DNA of 64,000 nt from Eledone cirrhosa (taxonomy: Eukaryota): NCBI GenBank assembly GCA_964016885.1, contig OZ024740.1, positions 35,340,001 through 35,404,000 of the forward strand. Direction: 5' to 3'. The translations under genes and the position numbers were made by a program. Shown here in pieces: positions 26,723 to 41,200 of the stretch. Under the pieces are notes generated by a model that was not told the DNA's origin, did not search any database, and saw nothing but the letters and a program-made list of their open reading frames with translations. Position 1 is the first letter of the stretch; each line of letters begins with the position of its first letter.

Positions 26723-27739
26723 CGACTCCTAGAACCTCTAGAAACTTCACTTTTGTCAAGTGTAGCTGCCCGACTCCTAGAACATCAAGAAACTTCATTT
26801 TTGTTAAGTGTAGCCCTCCCCCCCAAATCCTAGAACCTCAAGATTCTTCATTTTTGTCAAGTGTAGCCCCAACTCCTAGAACCACAAGAAACTTCATTTT
26901 TGTCAAGTGTAGCCCCAACACCTAGAACCACAAGAAACTTCACTTTTGTCAAGTGTAGCCCCCCCCCCCCCTGACTCTTAGAACCTCAAGAAACTTCATT
27001 TCTGTCAAGTGTAGCCCCCAACTCCTAGAACCTCAAGAAAGCTCATTTTTGTCAAGTGTAGACCCCCGACTCCTAGAACCTGAAGAAACTTCATTTTTGT
27101 CAAGTGTAGCCCCCCGACTCCTAGAAGCTCAAGCAACTTCATTTTTGTCAAGTGTAGACTCCAACTCCTAGAACCCCAAGAAAGTTCATTCTTGTCAAGT
27201 GTAGACCCCAACCCCTAGAACGACAAGAAGCTTCATGTTTGTCAAGTGTAGCCCCAACTCCTAGAAACACAAGTAACTTCATTTTTGTCAAGTGTAGCCC
27301 CAACACCTAGAACCTCAACAATCTTCAATTTTGTCAAGTGTAGACAACCGACTCCTAGAACCTCAAGAAAATTCATTTTTGTCAAGTGTAGTCCCCAACT
27401 CCTACATCTCAAGAAACTTCATTCTTGTCAAGTGTAGCCCCCCGCCCAACTCCTAAAACCTCAAGAAACTTCATTTCTGTCAAGTGTAGCCCCCAACTCC
27501 TAGAACCTCAAGAAAGCTCATTTTTGTCAAGTGTAGACCCCCGACTCCTAGAACATCAAGAAACTTCATTTTTGTCAAGTTTAGCCCCCCCCCCCCAACT
27601 CCTAGAACCTCAAGATTCTTCATTTTTGTCAAGTGTAGCCCCAACATCTAGAACCTCAAGAAACTTCTCTTTTGTCAAGTGTAGCCCCCGATAACTAGAA
27701 CCTCAAGAAACTTCATTTTTGTCAAGAGTAGCCCCAACT

Positions 27740-30700
27740 CCTAGAACCACCAAGAAACTTCATTTTTGTCAAGTGTAGACCCCAACCCCTAGAACGTCAA
27801 GAAACTTCATTTTTGTCAAGTGTAGCCCCCCCCCCGGCTCCTAGAACCTCAAACAAGCTTCATTTTTGTCAAGTGTAGCCCCCAACTCCTAGAACCTCAA
27901 GAAACTTCATTTTTGTCAAATGTAGCCCCCAACTACTAGAACCTCAAGAAACTTCATTTTTGTCAAGTGTAGCCCCAACTCCTAGAACCACAAGAAAATT
28001 CATTTTTGTCAAGTGTAGTCCCCAACTCCTACATCTCAAGAAATTTCATTTTTGTCAAGTGTAGCCCCCCCCCCCCCAACTCCTAAAACCTCAAGAAACT
28101 TCATTTCTGTCAAGTGTAGCCCCCAACTCCTAGAACCTCAAGAAAGCTCATTTTTGTCAAGTGTAGACCCCCGACTCCTAGAACCTCTAGAAACTTCACT
28201 TTTGTCAAGTGTTGCTGCCCGACTCCTAGAACATCAAGAAACTTCATTTTTGTCAAGTTTAGCCCTCCCCCCCCCCAACTCCTAGAACCTCAAGATTCTT
28301 CATTTTTGTCAAGTGTAGCCCCAACATCTAGAACCTCAAGAATCTTCTCTTTTGTCAAGTGTAGTCCCCGATAACTAGAACCTCAAGAAACTTCATTTTT
28401 GTCAAGTGTAGCCCCCAACTCCTAGAACCTCAAGAAACTTCACTTTTGTCAAGTGTAGCTCCCCTACTCCTAGAACCTCAAGAAACTTCATTTTTGTCAA
28501 GAGTAGCCCCAACTCCTAGAACCACCAAGAAACTTCATTTTTGTCAAGTGTAGACCCCAACCCCTAGAACGTCAAGAAACTTCATTTTTGTCAAGTGTAG
28601 CCCCCCCCCCCCCCCGGCTCCTAGAACCTCAAACAAGCTTCATTTTTGTCAAGTGTAGACCCCAACTCCTAGAACCTCAAGAAGCTTCATGTTTGTCAAG
28701 TGTAGCCCCAACTCCTAGAAACACAAGAAACTTCATTTTTGTCAAGTGTAGCCCCAACACCTAGAACCTCAACAATCTTCAATTTTGTCAAGTGTAGACA
28801 ACCGACTCCTAGAACCTCAAGAAACTTCATTTTTGTCAAGTGTAGCCCCCCCCCCCCAACTCCTAAAACCTCAAGAAACTTCATTTTTGTCAAGGGTAGC
28901 CCTCAACTACTAGAACATCAAGAAACTTCATTTTTGTCAAGTGTAGCCCCCCCCCGGCTCCTAGAACCTCAAGAAGCTTCATTTTTTGTCAAGTGTAGCA
29001 CCCCAACTCCTAGAACCTCAAGAAACTTCATTTTTGTCACGTGTAGCCCCCAACTCCTAGAACCTCAAGAAACTTCATTTTTGTCAAATGTAGCCCCCGA
29101 CTCCTAGAACATCAAGAAACTTCATTTTTGTCAAGTGTAGCCCCCCGACTCCTAGAGGCTCAAGTAACTTCATTTTTGTCAAGTGTAGCCCCCCGCCCAA
29201 CTCCTAGAACCTCAAGATTCTTCATTTTTGTCAAGTGTAGCCCAACTCCTAGAACCACAATAAACTTCATTTTTGTCAAGTGTAGCCCCAACTCATTGAA
29301 CCTCAAGAAACTTCATTTTTGTCAAGTGTAGCCCCCAACCCCTAGAACGTCAAGAAACTCCATTTTTGTCAAGTGTAGCCCCCCCCCTGTCTCCTAGAAC
29401 CACCAAGAAACTTCATTTTTGTCAAGTGTAGACCCCAACCCCTAGAACGTCAAGAAACTTCATTTTTGTCAAGTGTAGCCCCCCCCCCCGGCTCCTAGAA
29501 CCTCAAACAAGCTTCATTTTTGTCAAGTGTAGCCCCCAACTCCTAGAACCTCAAGAAACTTCATTTTTGTCAAATGTAGCCCCCAACTACTAGAACCTCA
29601 AGAAACTTCATTTTTGTCAAGTGTAGCCCCAACTCCTAGAACCACAAGAAAATTCATTTTTGTCAAGTGTAGTCCCCAACTCCTACATCTCAAGAAATTT
29701 CATTTTTGTCAAGTGTAGCCCCCCCCCCAACTCCTAAAACCTCAAGAAACTTCATTTCTGTCAAGTGTAGCCCCCAACTCCTAGAACCTCAAGAAAGCTC
29801 ATTTTTGTCAAGTGTAGACCCCCGACTCCTAGAACCTCTAGAAACTTCACTTTTGTCAAGTGTTGCTGCCCGACTCCTAGAACATCAAGAAACTTCATTT
29901 TTGTCAAGTTTAGCCCTCCCCCCCCCAACTCCTAGAACCTCAAGATTCTTCATTTTTGTCAAGTGTAGCCCCAACATCTAGAACCTCAAGAATCTTCTCT
30001 TTTGTCAAGTGTAGTCCCCGATAACTAGAACCTCAAGAAACTTCATTTTTGTCAAGTGTAGCCCCCAACTCCTAGAACCTCAAGAAACTTCACTTTTGTC
30101 AAGTGTAGCTCCCCTACTCCTAGAACCTCAAGAAACTTCATTTTTGTCAAGAGTAGCCCCAACTCCTAGAACCACCAAGAAACTTCATTTTTGTCAAGTG
30201 TAGACCCCAACCCCTAGAACGTCAAGAAACTTCATTTTTGTCAAGTGTAGCCCCCCCCCCGGCTCCTAGAACCTCAAACAAGCTTCATTTTTGTCAAGTG
30301 TAGACCCCAACTCCTAGAACCTCAAGAAGCTTCATGTTTGTCAAGTGTAGCCCCAACTCATAGAAACACAAGAAACTTCATTTTTGTCAAGTGTAGCCCC
30401 AACACCTAGAACCTCAACAATCTTCAATTTTGTCAAGTGTAGACAACCGACTCCTAGAACCTCAAGAAACTTCATTTTTGTCAAGTGTAGCCCCCCCCCC
30501 CCCAACTCCTAAAACCTCAAGAAACTTCATTTTTGTCAAGGGTAGCCCTCAACTCCTAGAACATCAAGAAACTTCATTTTTGTCAAGTGTAGCCCCCCCC
30601 CGGCTCCTAGAACCTCAAGAAGCTTCATTTTTTGTCAAGTGTAGCACCCCAACTCCTAGAACCTCAAGAAACTTCATTTTTGTCACGTGTAGCCCCCAAC

Positions 30701-31045
30701 TCCTAGAACCTCAAGAAACTTCATTTTTGTCAAATGTAGCCCCCGACTCCTAGAACATCAAGAAACTTCATTTTTGTCAAGTGTAGCCCCCCGACTCCTA
30801 GAGGCTCAAGTAACTTCATTTTTGTCAAGTGTAGCCCCCCGCCCAACTCCTAGAACCTCAAGATTCTTCATTTTTGTCAAGTGTAGCCCAACTCCTAGAA
30901 CCACAATAAACTTCATTTTTGTCAAGTGTAGCCCCAACTCATTGAACCTCAAGAAACTTCATTTTTGTCAAGTGTAGCCCCCAACCCCTAGAACGTCAAG
31001 AAACTCCATTTTTGTCAAGTGTAGCCCCCCCCCTGTCTCCTAGAA
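27740..31045 (+). repeat. Tandem duplication of a ~1.65-kb block, 2 copies
   Basis: ORF offsets 28052->29706 (1654) and 29128->30774 (1646). The rare variants GTGTTGCTGCCC, CTCATTGAAC and ATTTTTTGTC (extra T) occur in both copies. Confidence 0.85.
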
Positions 31046-34000
31046 CCTCAAAGAAGCTTCATTTTTGTCAAGTGTAGCCCCCAACTCCTAGAATCTCAAG
31101 AATCTTCATTTTTGTCAAGTGTAGACCCCCGACTCCTAGAACCTAAAGAAACTTCATTTTTGTCAAGTGTAGCCTCCAACTCCTAGAACCCCAAGAATGT
31201 TCATTTTTGTCAAGTGTAGCCGCCCCCGACTCCTAGAACCTCAAGATTCTTCATTTTTGTCACGTGTATCCCCAACTCCTAGAACCACAAGAAAGTTCAT
31301 TTTTGTCAAGTGTAGCCCCAACACCTAGAACCTCAAGAAACTTCACTTTTGTCAAGTGTAGCCCCCGACAAGTAGAACCTCAAGAAACTTCATTTTTGTC
31401 AAGTGTAGACCCCCAACACCTAGAACCTCAACAAACTTCATTTTTGTCAAGTATAGCCTCCAACTCCTAGAACCCCAAGAAAGTTCATTTTTGTCAAGTG
31501 TAGCCCCCCCCCCAACTCCTAGAACCCCAAGAAACTTCATTTTTGTCAAGTGTAGCCCCAACTCCTAGAGCCACAAGAAACTTCATTTTTGTCAAGTGTA
31601 GCCCCAACTCCTAGATCCTCAAGAAACTTCATTTTTGTCAAGTGTAGCACGCCGACTCCTAGAACCTCAAGAAGCTTCATTTTTGTCAAGTGTAGCCCCC
31701 AACTCCTAGAACCACAAGAACCTTCATTTTTGTCAAGTGTAGCCCCAACTCCTAGAACCTCAAGAAACTTCATTTTTGTCAAGTGTAGCCCCCCGACTCC
31801 CAGAAGCTCAAGCAACTTCATTTTTGTCAAGTGTAGCCTCCAACTCCTAGAAACCCAAGAAAGTTCATTTTTGTCAAGTGTAGCCCCCCCCCCAACTCCT
31901 AGAACCTCAAGATTCTTCATTTTTCTCAAGTGTAGCCCCAACATCTAGAACCTTATGAAACTTCACTTTTGTCAAGTGTAGCCCCCGATAACTAGAACCT
32001 CAAGAAACTTCATTTTTGTCAAGTGTAGCCCCAACTCCTAGAACCTCAAGAAACTTCATTTTTGTCAAGTGTAGCCCCCAACTGCTAGAACCTCAAGAAT
32101 CTTCATTTTTGTCAAGTGTAGACCCCCGACTCCTAGAACCTCTAGAAACTTCACTTTTGTCAAGTGTAGCTGCCCGACTCCTAGAACATCAAGAAACTTC
32201 ATTTTTGTCAAGTGTAGCCCTCCCCCCCAAATCCTAGAACCTCAAGATTCTTCATTTTTGTCAAGTGTAGCCCCAACTCCTAGAACCACAAGAAACTTCA
32301 TTTTTGTCAAGTGTAGCCCCAACACCTAGAACCTCAGGAAACTTCACTTTTGTCAAGTGTAGCCCCCCCCCTGACTCTTAGAACCTCAAGAAACTTCATT
32401 TCTGTCAAGTGTAGCCCCCAACTCCTAGAACCTCAAGAAAGCTCATTTTTGTCAAGTGTAGACCCCCGACTCCTAGAACCTGAAGAAACTTCATTTTTGT
32501 CAAGTGTAGCCCCCCGACTCCTAGAAGCTCAAGCAACTTCATTTTTGTCAAGTGTAGCCTCCAACTCCTAGAACCCCAAGAAAGTTCATTCTTGTCAAGT
32601 GTAGACCCCAACCCCTAGAACGACAAGAAGCTTCATGTTTGTCAAGTGTAGCCCCAACTCCTAGAAACACAAGTAACTTCATTTTTGTCAAGTGTAGCCC
32701 CAACACCTAGAACCTCAACAATCTTCAATTTTGTCAAGTGTAGACAACCGACTCCTAGAACCTCAAGAAAATTCATTTTTGTCAAGTGTAGTCCCCAACT
32801 CCTACATCTCAAGAAACTTCATTTTTGTCAAGTGTAGCCCCCCCCCCAACTCCTAAAACCTCAAGAAACTTCATTTTTGTCAAGGGTAGCCCTCAACTCC
32901 TAGAACGTCAAGAAACTTCATTTTTGTCAAGTGTAGCCCCCCCGGCTCCTAGAACCTCAAGAAGCTTCATTTTTGTCAAGTGTAGCACCCCAACTCCTAG
33001 AACCTCAAGAAACTTCATTTTTGTCAAGTGTAGCCCCCAACTCCTAGAACCTCAAGAAACTTCATTTTTGTCAAATGTAGCCCCCGACTCCTAGAACATC
33101 AAGAAACTTCATTTTTGTCAAGTGTAGCCCCCCGACTCCTAGAGGCTCAAGTAACTTCATTTTTGTCAAGTGTAGCCCCCCGCCCAACTCCTAGAACCTC
33201 AAGATTCTTCATTTTTGTCAAGTGTAGCCCAACTCCTAGAACCACAATAAACTTCATTTTTGTCAAGTGTAGCCCCAACTCCTTGAACCTCAAGAAACTT
33301 CATTTTTGTCAAGTGTAGCCCCCAACCCCTAGAACGTCAAGAAACTCCATTTTTGTCAAGTGTAGCCCCCCCCCCTGTCTCCTAGAACCTCAAAGAAGCT
33401 TCATTTTTGTCAAGTGTAGCCCCCAACTCCTAGAATCTCAAGAATCTTCATTTTTGTCAAGTGTAGACCCCCGACTCCTAGAACCTAAAGAAACTTCATT
33501 TTTGTCAAGTGTAGCCTCCAACTCCTAGAACCCCAAGAATGTTCATTTTTGTCAAGTGTAGCCGCCCCCGACTCCTAGAACCTCAAGATTCTTCATTTTT
33601 GTCACGTGTATCCCCAACTCCTAGAACCACAAGAAAGTTCATTTTTGTCAAGTGTAGCCCCAACACCTAGAACCTCAAGAAACTTCACTTTTGTCAAGTG
33701 TAGCCCCCGACAAGTAGAACCTCAAGAAACTTCATTTTTGTCAAGTGTAGACCCCCAACACCTAGAACCTCAACAAACTTCATTTTTGTCAAGTATAGCC
33801 TCCAAATCCTAGAACCCCAAGAAAGTTCATTTTTCTCAAGTGTAGCCCCCCCCCCCCCCCAACTCCTAGAACCCCAAGAAACTTCATTTTTGTCAAGTGT
33901 AGCCCCAACTCCTAGAACCACAAGAAACTTCATTTTTGTCAAGTGTAGCCCCAACTCCTAGATCCTCAAGAAACTTCATTTTTGTCAAGTGTAGCACCCC

Positions 34001-35220
34001 GACTCCTAGAACCTCAAGAAGCTTCATTTTTGTCAAGTGTAGCCCCCAACTCCTAGAACCACAAGAACCTTCATTTTTGTCAAGTGTAGCCCCAACTCCT
34101 AGAACCTCAAGAAACTTCATTTTTGTCAAGTGTAGCTCCCCGACTCCTAGAACCTGAAGAAAATTCATTTTTGTCAAGTGTAGCCCCCCGACTCCCACAA
34201 GCTCAAGCAACTTCATTTTTGTCAAGTGTAGCCTCCAACTCCTAGAACCCCAAGAAAGTTCATTTTTGTCAAGTGTAGCCCCCCCCCCAACTCCTAGAAC
34301 CTCAAGATTCTTCATTTTTCTCAAGTGTAGCCCCAACATCTAGAACCTTATGAAACTTCACTTTTGTCAAGTGTAGCCCCCGATAACTAGAACCTCAAGA
34401 AACTTCATTTTTGTCAAGTGTAGCCCCAACTCCTAGAACCTCAAGAAACTTCATTTTTGTCAAGTGTAGCCCCCCCAACTGCTAGAACCTCAAGAATCTA
34501 CATTTTTGTCAAGTGTAGACCCCCGACTCCTAGAACCTCTAGAAACTTCACTTTTGTCAAGTGTAGCTGCCCGACTCCTAGAACATCAAGAAACTTCATT
34601 TTTGTCAAGTGTAGCCCTCCCCCCCAAATCCTAGAACCTCAAGATTCTTCATTTTTGTCAAGTGTAGCCCCAACTCCTAGAACCACAAGAAACTTCATTT
34701 TTGTCAAGTGTAGCCCCAACAGCTAGAACCTCAAGAAACTTCACTTTTGTCAAGTGTAGCCCCCCCCCCCTGACTCTTAGAACCTCAAGAAACTTCATTT
34801 CTGTCAAGTGTAGCCCCCAACTCCTAGAACCTCAAGAAAGCTCATTTTTGTCAAGTGTAGACCCCCGACTCCTAGAACCTGAAGAAACTTCATTTTTGTC
34901 AAGTGTAGCCCCCCGACTCCTAGAAGCTCAAGCAACTTCATTTTTGTCAAGTGTAGACTACAACTCCTAGAACCCCAAGAAAGTTCATTCTTGTCAAGTG
35001 TAGACCCCAACCCCTAGAACGACAAGAAGCTTCATGTTTGTCAAGTGTAGCCCCAATTCCTAGAAACACAAGTAACTTCATTTTTGTCAAGTGTAGCCCC
35101 AACACCTAGAACCTCAACAATCTTCAATTTTGTTAAGTGTAGACAACCGACTCCTAGAACCTCAAGAAAATTCATTTTTGTCAAGTGTAGTCCCCAACTC
35201 CTACATCTCAAGAAACTTCA
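30490..35220 (+). repeat. Tandem duplication of a ~2.34-2.40-kb block, 2 copies, overlapping the previous duplication
   Basis: Marker AAGGGTAGCCCTC at ~30539 and ~32882 (2343 apart). ORF offsets 30774->33115, 31264->33606 (2341-2342) and 32405->34804 (2399). Confidence 0.8.
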
Positions 35221-38200
35221 TTCTTGTCAAGTGTAGCCCCCCGCCCAACTCCTAGAACCTCAAGAAAGCTCATTTTTGTCAAGTGTAGAACCCCGACTCC
35301 TAGAACCTCTAGAAACTTCACTTTTGTCAAGTGTAGCTGCCCGACTCCTAGAACATCAAGAAACTTCATTTTTGTCAAGTTTAGCCCCCCCCCCCCCCAA
35401 CTCCTAGAACCTCAAGATTCTTCATTTTTGTCAAGTGTAGCCCCAACATCTAGAACCTCAAGAAACTTCTCTTTTGTCAAGTGTAGCCCCCGATAACTAG
35501 AACCTCAAGAAACTTCATTTTTGTCAAGTGTAGCCCCCAACTCCTAGAACCTCAAGAAACTTCACTTTTGTCAAGTGTAGCTCCCCTACTCCTAGAACCT
35601 CAAGAAACTTCATTTTTGTCAAGTGTAGCCCCAACACCTAGAACCTCAACAATCTTCAATTTTGTCAAGTGTAGACAACCGACTCCTAGAACCTCAAGAA
35701 AATTCATTTTTGTCAAGTGTAGTCCCCAACTCCTACATCTCAAGAAACTTCATTCTTGTCAAGTGTAGCCCCCCGCCCAACTCCTAAAACCTCAAGAAAC
35801 TTCATTTCTGTCAAGTGTAGCCTCCAACTCCTAGAACCTCAAGAAAGCTCATTTTTGTCAAGTGTAGACCCCCGACTCCTAGAACCTCTAGAAACTTCAC
35901 TTTTGTCAAGTGTAGCTGCCCGACTCCTAGAACATCAAGAAACTTCATTTTTGTCAAGTTTAGCCCCCCCCCCCCAACTCCTAGAACCTCAAGATTCTTC
36001 ATTTTTGTCAAGTGTAGCCCCAACATCTAGAACCTCAAGAAACTTCTCTTTTGTCAAGTGTAGCCCCCGATAACTAGAACCTCAAGAAACTTCATTTTTG
36101 TCAAGTGTAGCCCCCAACTCCTAGAACCTCAAGAAACTTCACTTTTGTCAAGTGTAGCTCCCCTACTCCTAGAACCTCAAGAAACTTCATTTTTGTCAAG
36201 AGTAGCCCCAACTCCTAGAACCACCAAGAAACTTCATTTTTGTCAAGTGTAGACCCCAACCCCTAGAACGTCAAGAAACTTCATTTTTGTCAAGTGTAGC
36301 CCCCCCCCCCCCCGGCTCCTAGAACCTCAAACAAGCTTCATTTTTGTCAAGTGTAGCCCCCAACTCCTAGAACCTCAAGAAACTTCATTTTTGTCAAATG
36401 TAGCCCCCAACTACTAGAACCTCAAGAAACTTCATTTTTGTCAAGTGTAGCCCCAACTCCTAGAACCACAAGAAAATTCATTTTTGTCAAGTGTAGTCCC
36501 CAACTCCTACATCTCAAGAAATTTCATTTTTGTCAAGTGTAGCCCCCCCCCCCAACTCCTAAAACCTCAAGAAACTTCATTTCTGTCAAGTGTAGCCCCC
36601 AACTCCTAGAACCTCAAGAAAGCTCATTTTTGTCAAGTGTAGACCCCCGACTCCTAGAACCTCTAGAAACTTCACTTTTGTCAAGTGTAGCTGCCCGACT
36701 CCTAGAACATCAAGAAACTTCATTTTTGTCAAGTTTAGCCCTCCCCCCCCCCAACTCCTAGAACCTCAAGATTCTTCATTTTTGTCAAGTGTAGCCCCAA
36801 CATCTAGAACCTCAAGAATCTTCTCTTTTGTCAAGTGTAGTCCCCGATAACTAGAACCTCAAGAAACTTCATTTTTGTCAAGTGTAGCCCCCAACTCCTA
36901 GAACCTCAAGAAACTTCACTTTTGTCAAGTGTAGCTCCCCTACTCCTAGAACCTCAAGAAACTTCATTTTTGTCAAGAGTAGCCCCAACTCCTAGAACCA
37001 CCAAGAAACTTCATTTTTGTCAAGTGTAGACCCCAACCCCTAGAACGTCAAGAAACTTCATTTTTGTCAAGTGTAGCCCCCCCCCGGCTCCTAGAACCTC
37101 AAACAAGCTTCATTTTTGTCAAGTGTAGACCCCAACTCCCAGAACCTCAAGAAGCTTCATGTTTGTCAAGTGTAGCCCCAACTCCTAGAAACACAAGAAA
37201 CTTCATTTTTGTCAAGTGTAGCCCCAACACCTAGAACCTCAACAATCTTCAATTTTGTCAAGTGTAGACAACCGACTCCTAGAACCTCAAGAAAATTCAT
37301 TTTTGTCAAGTGTAGTCCCCAACTCCTACATCTCAAGAAACTTCATTTTTGTCAAGTGTAGCCCCCCCCCAACTCCTAAAACCTCAAGAAACTTCATTTT
37401 TGTCAAGGGTAGCCCTCAACTCCTAGAACGTCAAGAAACTTCATTTTTGTCAAGTGTAGCCCCCCCCCGGCTCCTAGAACCTCAAGAAGCTTCATTTTTG
37501 TCAAGTGTAGCACCCCAACTCCTAGAACCTCAAGAAACTTCATTTTTGTCAAGTGTAGCCCCCAACTCCTAGAACCTCAAGAAACTTCATTTTTGTCAAA
37601 TGTAGCCCCCGACTCCTAGAACATCAAGAAACTTCATTTTTGTCAAGTGTAGCCCCCCGACTCCTAGAGGCTCAAGTAACTTCATTTTTGTCAAGTGTAG
37701 CCCCCCGCCCAACTCCTAGAACCTCAAGATTCTTCATTTTTGTCAAGTGTAGCCCAACTCCTAGAACCACAATAAACTTCATTTTTGTCAAGTGTAGCCC
37801 AAACTCCTTGAACCTCAAGAAACTTCAATTTTGTCAAGTGTAGCCCCCAACCCCTAGAACGTCAAGAAACTCCATTTTTGTCAAGTGTAGCCCCCCCCCC
37901 CTGTCTCCTAGAACCTCAAAGAAGCTTCATTTTTGTCAAGTGTAGCCCCCAACTCCTAGAATGTCAAGAATCTTCATTTTTGTCAAGTGTAGCCCCCCGA
38001 CTCCTAGAAGCTCAAGCAACTTCATTTTTGTCAAGTCTAGACTCCAACTCCTAGAACCCCAAGAAAGTTCATTCTTGTCAAGTGTAGACCCCAACCCCTA
38101 GAACGACAAGAAGCTTCATGTTTGTCAAGTGTAGCCCCAACTCCTAGAAACACAAGTAACTTCATTTTTGTCAAGTGTAGCCCCAACACCTAGAACCTCA

Positions 38201-41200
38201 ACAATCTTCAATTTTGTCAAGTGTAGACAACCGACTCCTAGAACCTCAAGAAAATTCATTTTTGTCAAGTGTAGTCCCCAACTCCTACATCTCAAGAAAC
38301 TTCATTCTTGTCAAGTGTAGCCCCCCGCCCAACTCCTAAAACCTCAAGAAACTTCATTTCTGTCAAGTGTAGCCCCCAACTCCTAGAACCTCAAGAAAGC
38401 TCATTTTTGTCAAGTGTAGACCCCCGACTCCTAGAACCTCTAGAAACTTCACTTTTGTCAAGTGTAGCTGCCCGACTCCTAGAACATCAAGAAACTTCAT
38501 TTTTGTCAAGTTTAGCCCCCCCCCCCCAACTCCTAGAACCTCAAGATTCTTCATTTTTGTCAAGTGTAGCCCCAACATCTAGAACCTCAAGAAACTTCTC
38601 TTTTGTCAAGTGTAGCCCCCGATAACTAGAACCTCAAGAAACTTCATTTTTGTCAAGTGTAGCCCCCAACTCCTAGAACCTCAAGAAACTTCACTTTTGT
38701 CAAGTGTAGCTCCCCTACTCCTAGAACCTCAAGAAACTTCATTTTTGTCAAGTGTAGCCCCAACACCTAGAACCTCAACAATCTTCAATTTTGTCAAGTG
38801 TAGACAACCGACTCCTAGAACCTCAAGAAAATTCATTTTTGTCAAGTGTAGTCCCCAACTCCTACATCTCAAGAAACTTCATTCTTGTCAAGTGTAGCCC
38901 CCCGCCCAACTCCTAAAACCTCAAGAAACTTCATTTCTGTCAAGTGTAGCCTCCAACTCCTAGAACCTCAAGAAAGCTCATTTTTGTCAAGTGTAGACCC
39001 CCGACTCCTAGAACCTCTAGAAACTTCACTTTTGTCAAGTGTAGCTGCCCGACTCCTAGAACATCAAGAAACTTCATTTTTGTCAAGTTTAGCCCCCCCC
39101 CCAACTCCTAGAACCTCAAGATTCTTCATTTTTGTCAAGTGTAGCCCCAACATCTAGAACCTCAAGAAACTTCTCTTTTGTCAAGTGTAGCCCCCGATAA
39201 CTAGAACCTCAAGAAACTTCATTTTTGTCAAGTGTAGCCCCCAACTCCTAGAACCTCAAGAAACTTCACTTTTGTCAAGTGTAGCTCCCCTACTCCTAGA
39301 ACCTCAAGAAACTTCATTTTTGTCAAGAGTAGCCCCAACTCCTAGAACCACCAAGAAACTTCATTTTTGTCAAGTGTAGACCCCAACCCCTAGAACGTCA
39401 AGAAACTTCATTTTTGTCAAGTGTAGCCCCCCCCCCGGCTCCTAGAACCTCAAACAAGCTTCATTTTTGTCAAGTGTAGCCCCCAACTCCTAGAACCTCA
39501 AGAAACTTCATTTTTGTCAAATGTAGCCCCCAACTACTAGAACCTCAAGAAACTTCATTTTTGTCAAGTGTAGCCCCAACTCCTAGAACCACAAGAAAAT
39601 TCATTTTTGTCAAGTGTAGTCCCCAACTCCTACATCTCAAGAAATTTCATTTTTGTCAAGTGTAGCCCCCCCCCCCAACTCCTAAAACCTCAAGAAACTT
39701 CATTTCTGTCAAGTGTAGCCCCCAACTCCTAGAACCTCAAGAAATCTCATTTTTGTCAAGTGTAGACCCCCGACTCCTAGAACCTCTAGAAACTTCACTT
39801 TTGTCAAGTGTAGCTGCCCGACTCCTAGAACATCAAGAAACTTCATTTTTGTCAAGTTTAGCCCTCCCCCCCCCAACTCCTAGAACCTCAAGATTCTTCA
39901 TTTTTGTCAAGTGTAGCCCCAACATCTAGAACCTCAAGAATCTTCTCTTTTGTCAAGTGTAGTCCCCGATAACTAGAACCTCAAGAAACTTCATTTTTGT
40001 CAAGTGTAGCCCCCAACTCCTAGAACCTCAAGAAACTTCACTTTTGTCAAGTGTAGCTCCCCTACTCCTAGAACCTCAAGAAACTTCATTTTTGTCAAGA
40101 GTAGCCCCAACTCCTAGAACCACCAAGAAACTTCATTTTTGTCAAGTGTAGACCCCAACCCCTAGAACGTCAAGAAACTTCATTTTTGTCAAGTGTAGCC
40201 CCCAACCCCTAGAACGTCAAGAAACTCCATTTTTGTCAAGTGTAGCCCCCCCCTGTCTCCTAGAACCTCAAAGAAGCTTCATTTTTGTCAAGTGTAGCCC
40301 CCAACTCCTAGAATCTCAAGAATCTTCATTTTTGTCAAGTGTAGCCCCCCGACTCCTAGAAGCTCAAGCAACTTCATTTTTGTCAAGTGTAGACTCCAAC
40401 TCCTAGAACCCCAAGAAAGTTCATTCTTGTCAAGTGTAGACCCCAACCCCTAGAACGACAAGAAGCTTCATGTTTGTCAAGTGTAGCCCCAACTCCTAGA
40501 AACACAAGTAACTTCATTTTTGTCAAGTGTAGCCCCAACACCTAGAACCTCAACAATCTTCAATTTTGTCAAGTGTAGACAACCGACTCCTAGAACCTCA
40601 AGAAAATTCATTTTTGTCAAGTGTAGTCCCCAACTCCTACATCTCAAGAAACTTCATTCTTGTCAAGTGTAGCCCCCCGCCCAACTCCTAAAACCTCAAG
40701 AAACTTCATTTCTGTCAAGTGTAGCCCCCAACTCCTAGAACCTCAAGAAAGCTCATTTTTGTCAAGTGTAGACCCCCGACTCCTAGAACCTCTAGAAACT
40801 TCACTTTTGTCAAGTGTAGCTGCCCGACTCCTAGAACATCAAGAAACTTCATTTTTGTCAAGTTTAGCCCCCCCCCCCCAACTCCTAGAACCTCAAGATT
40901 CTTCATTTTTGTCAAGTGTAGCCCCAACATCTAGAACCTCAAGAAACTTCTCTTTTGTCAAGTGTAGCCCCCGATAACTAGAACCTCAAGAAACTTCATT
41001 TTTGTCAAGTGTAGCCCCCAACTCCTAGAACCTCAAGAAACTTCACTTTTGTCAAGTGTAGCTCCCCTACTCCTAGAACCTCAAGAAACTTCATTTTTGT
41101 CAAGTGTAGCCCCAACACCTAGAACCTCAACAATCTTCAATTTTGTCAAGTGTAGACAACCGACTCCTAGAACCTCAAGAAAATTCATTTTTGTCAAGTG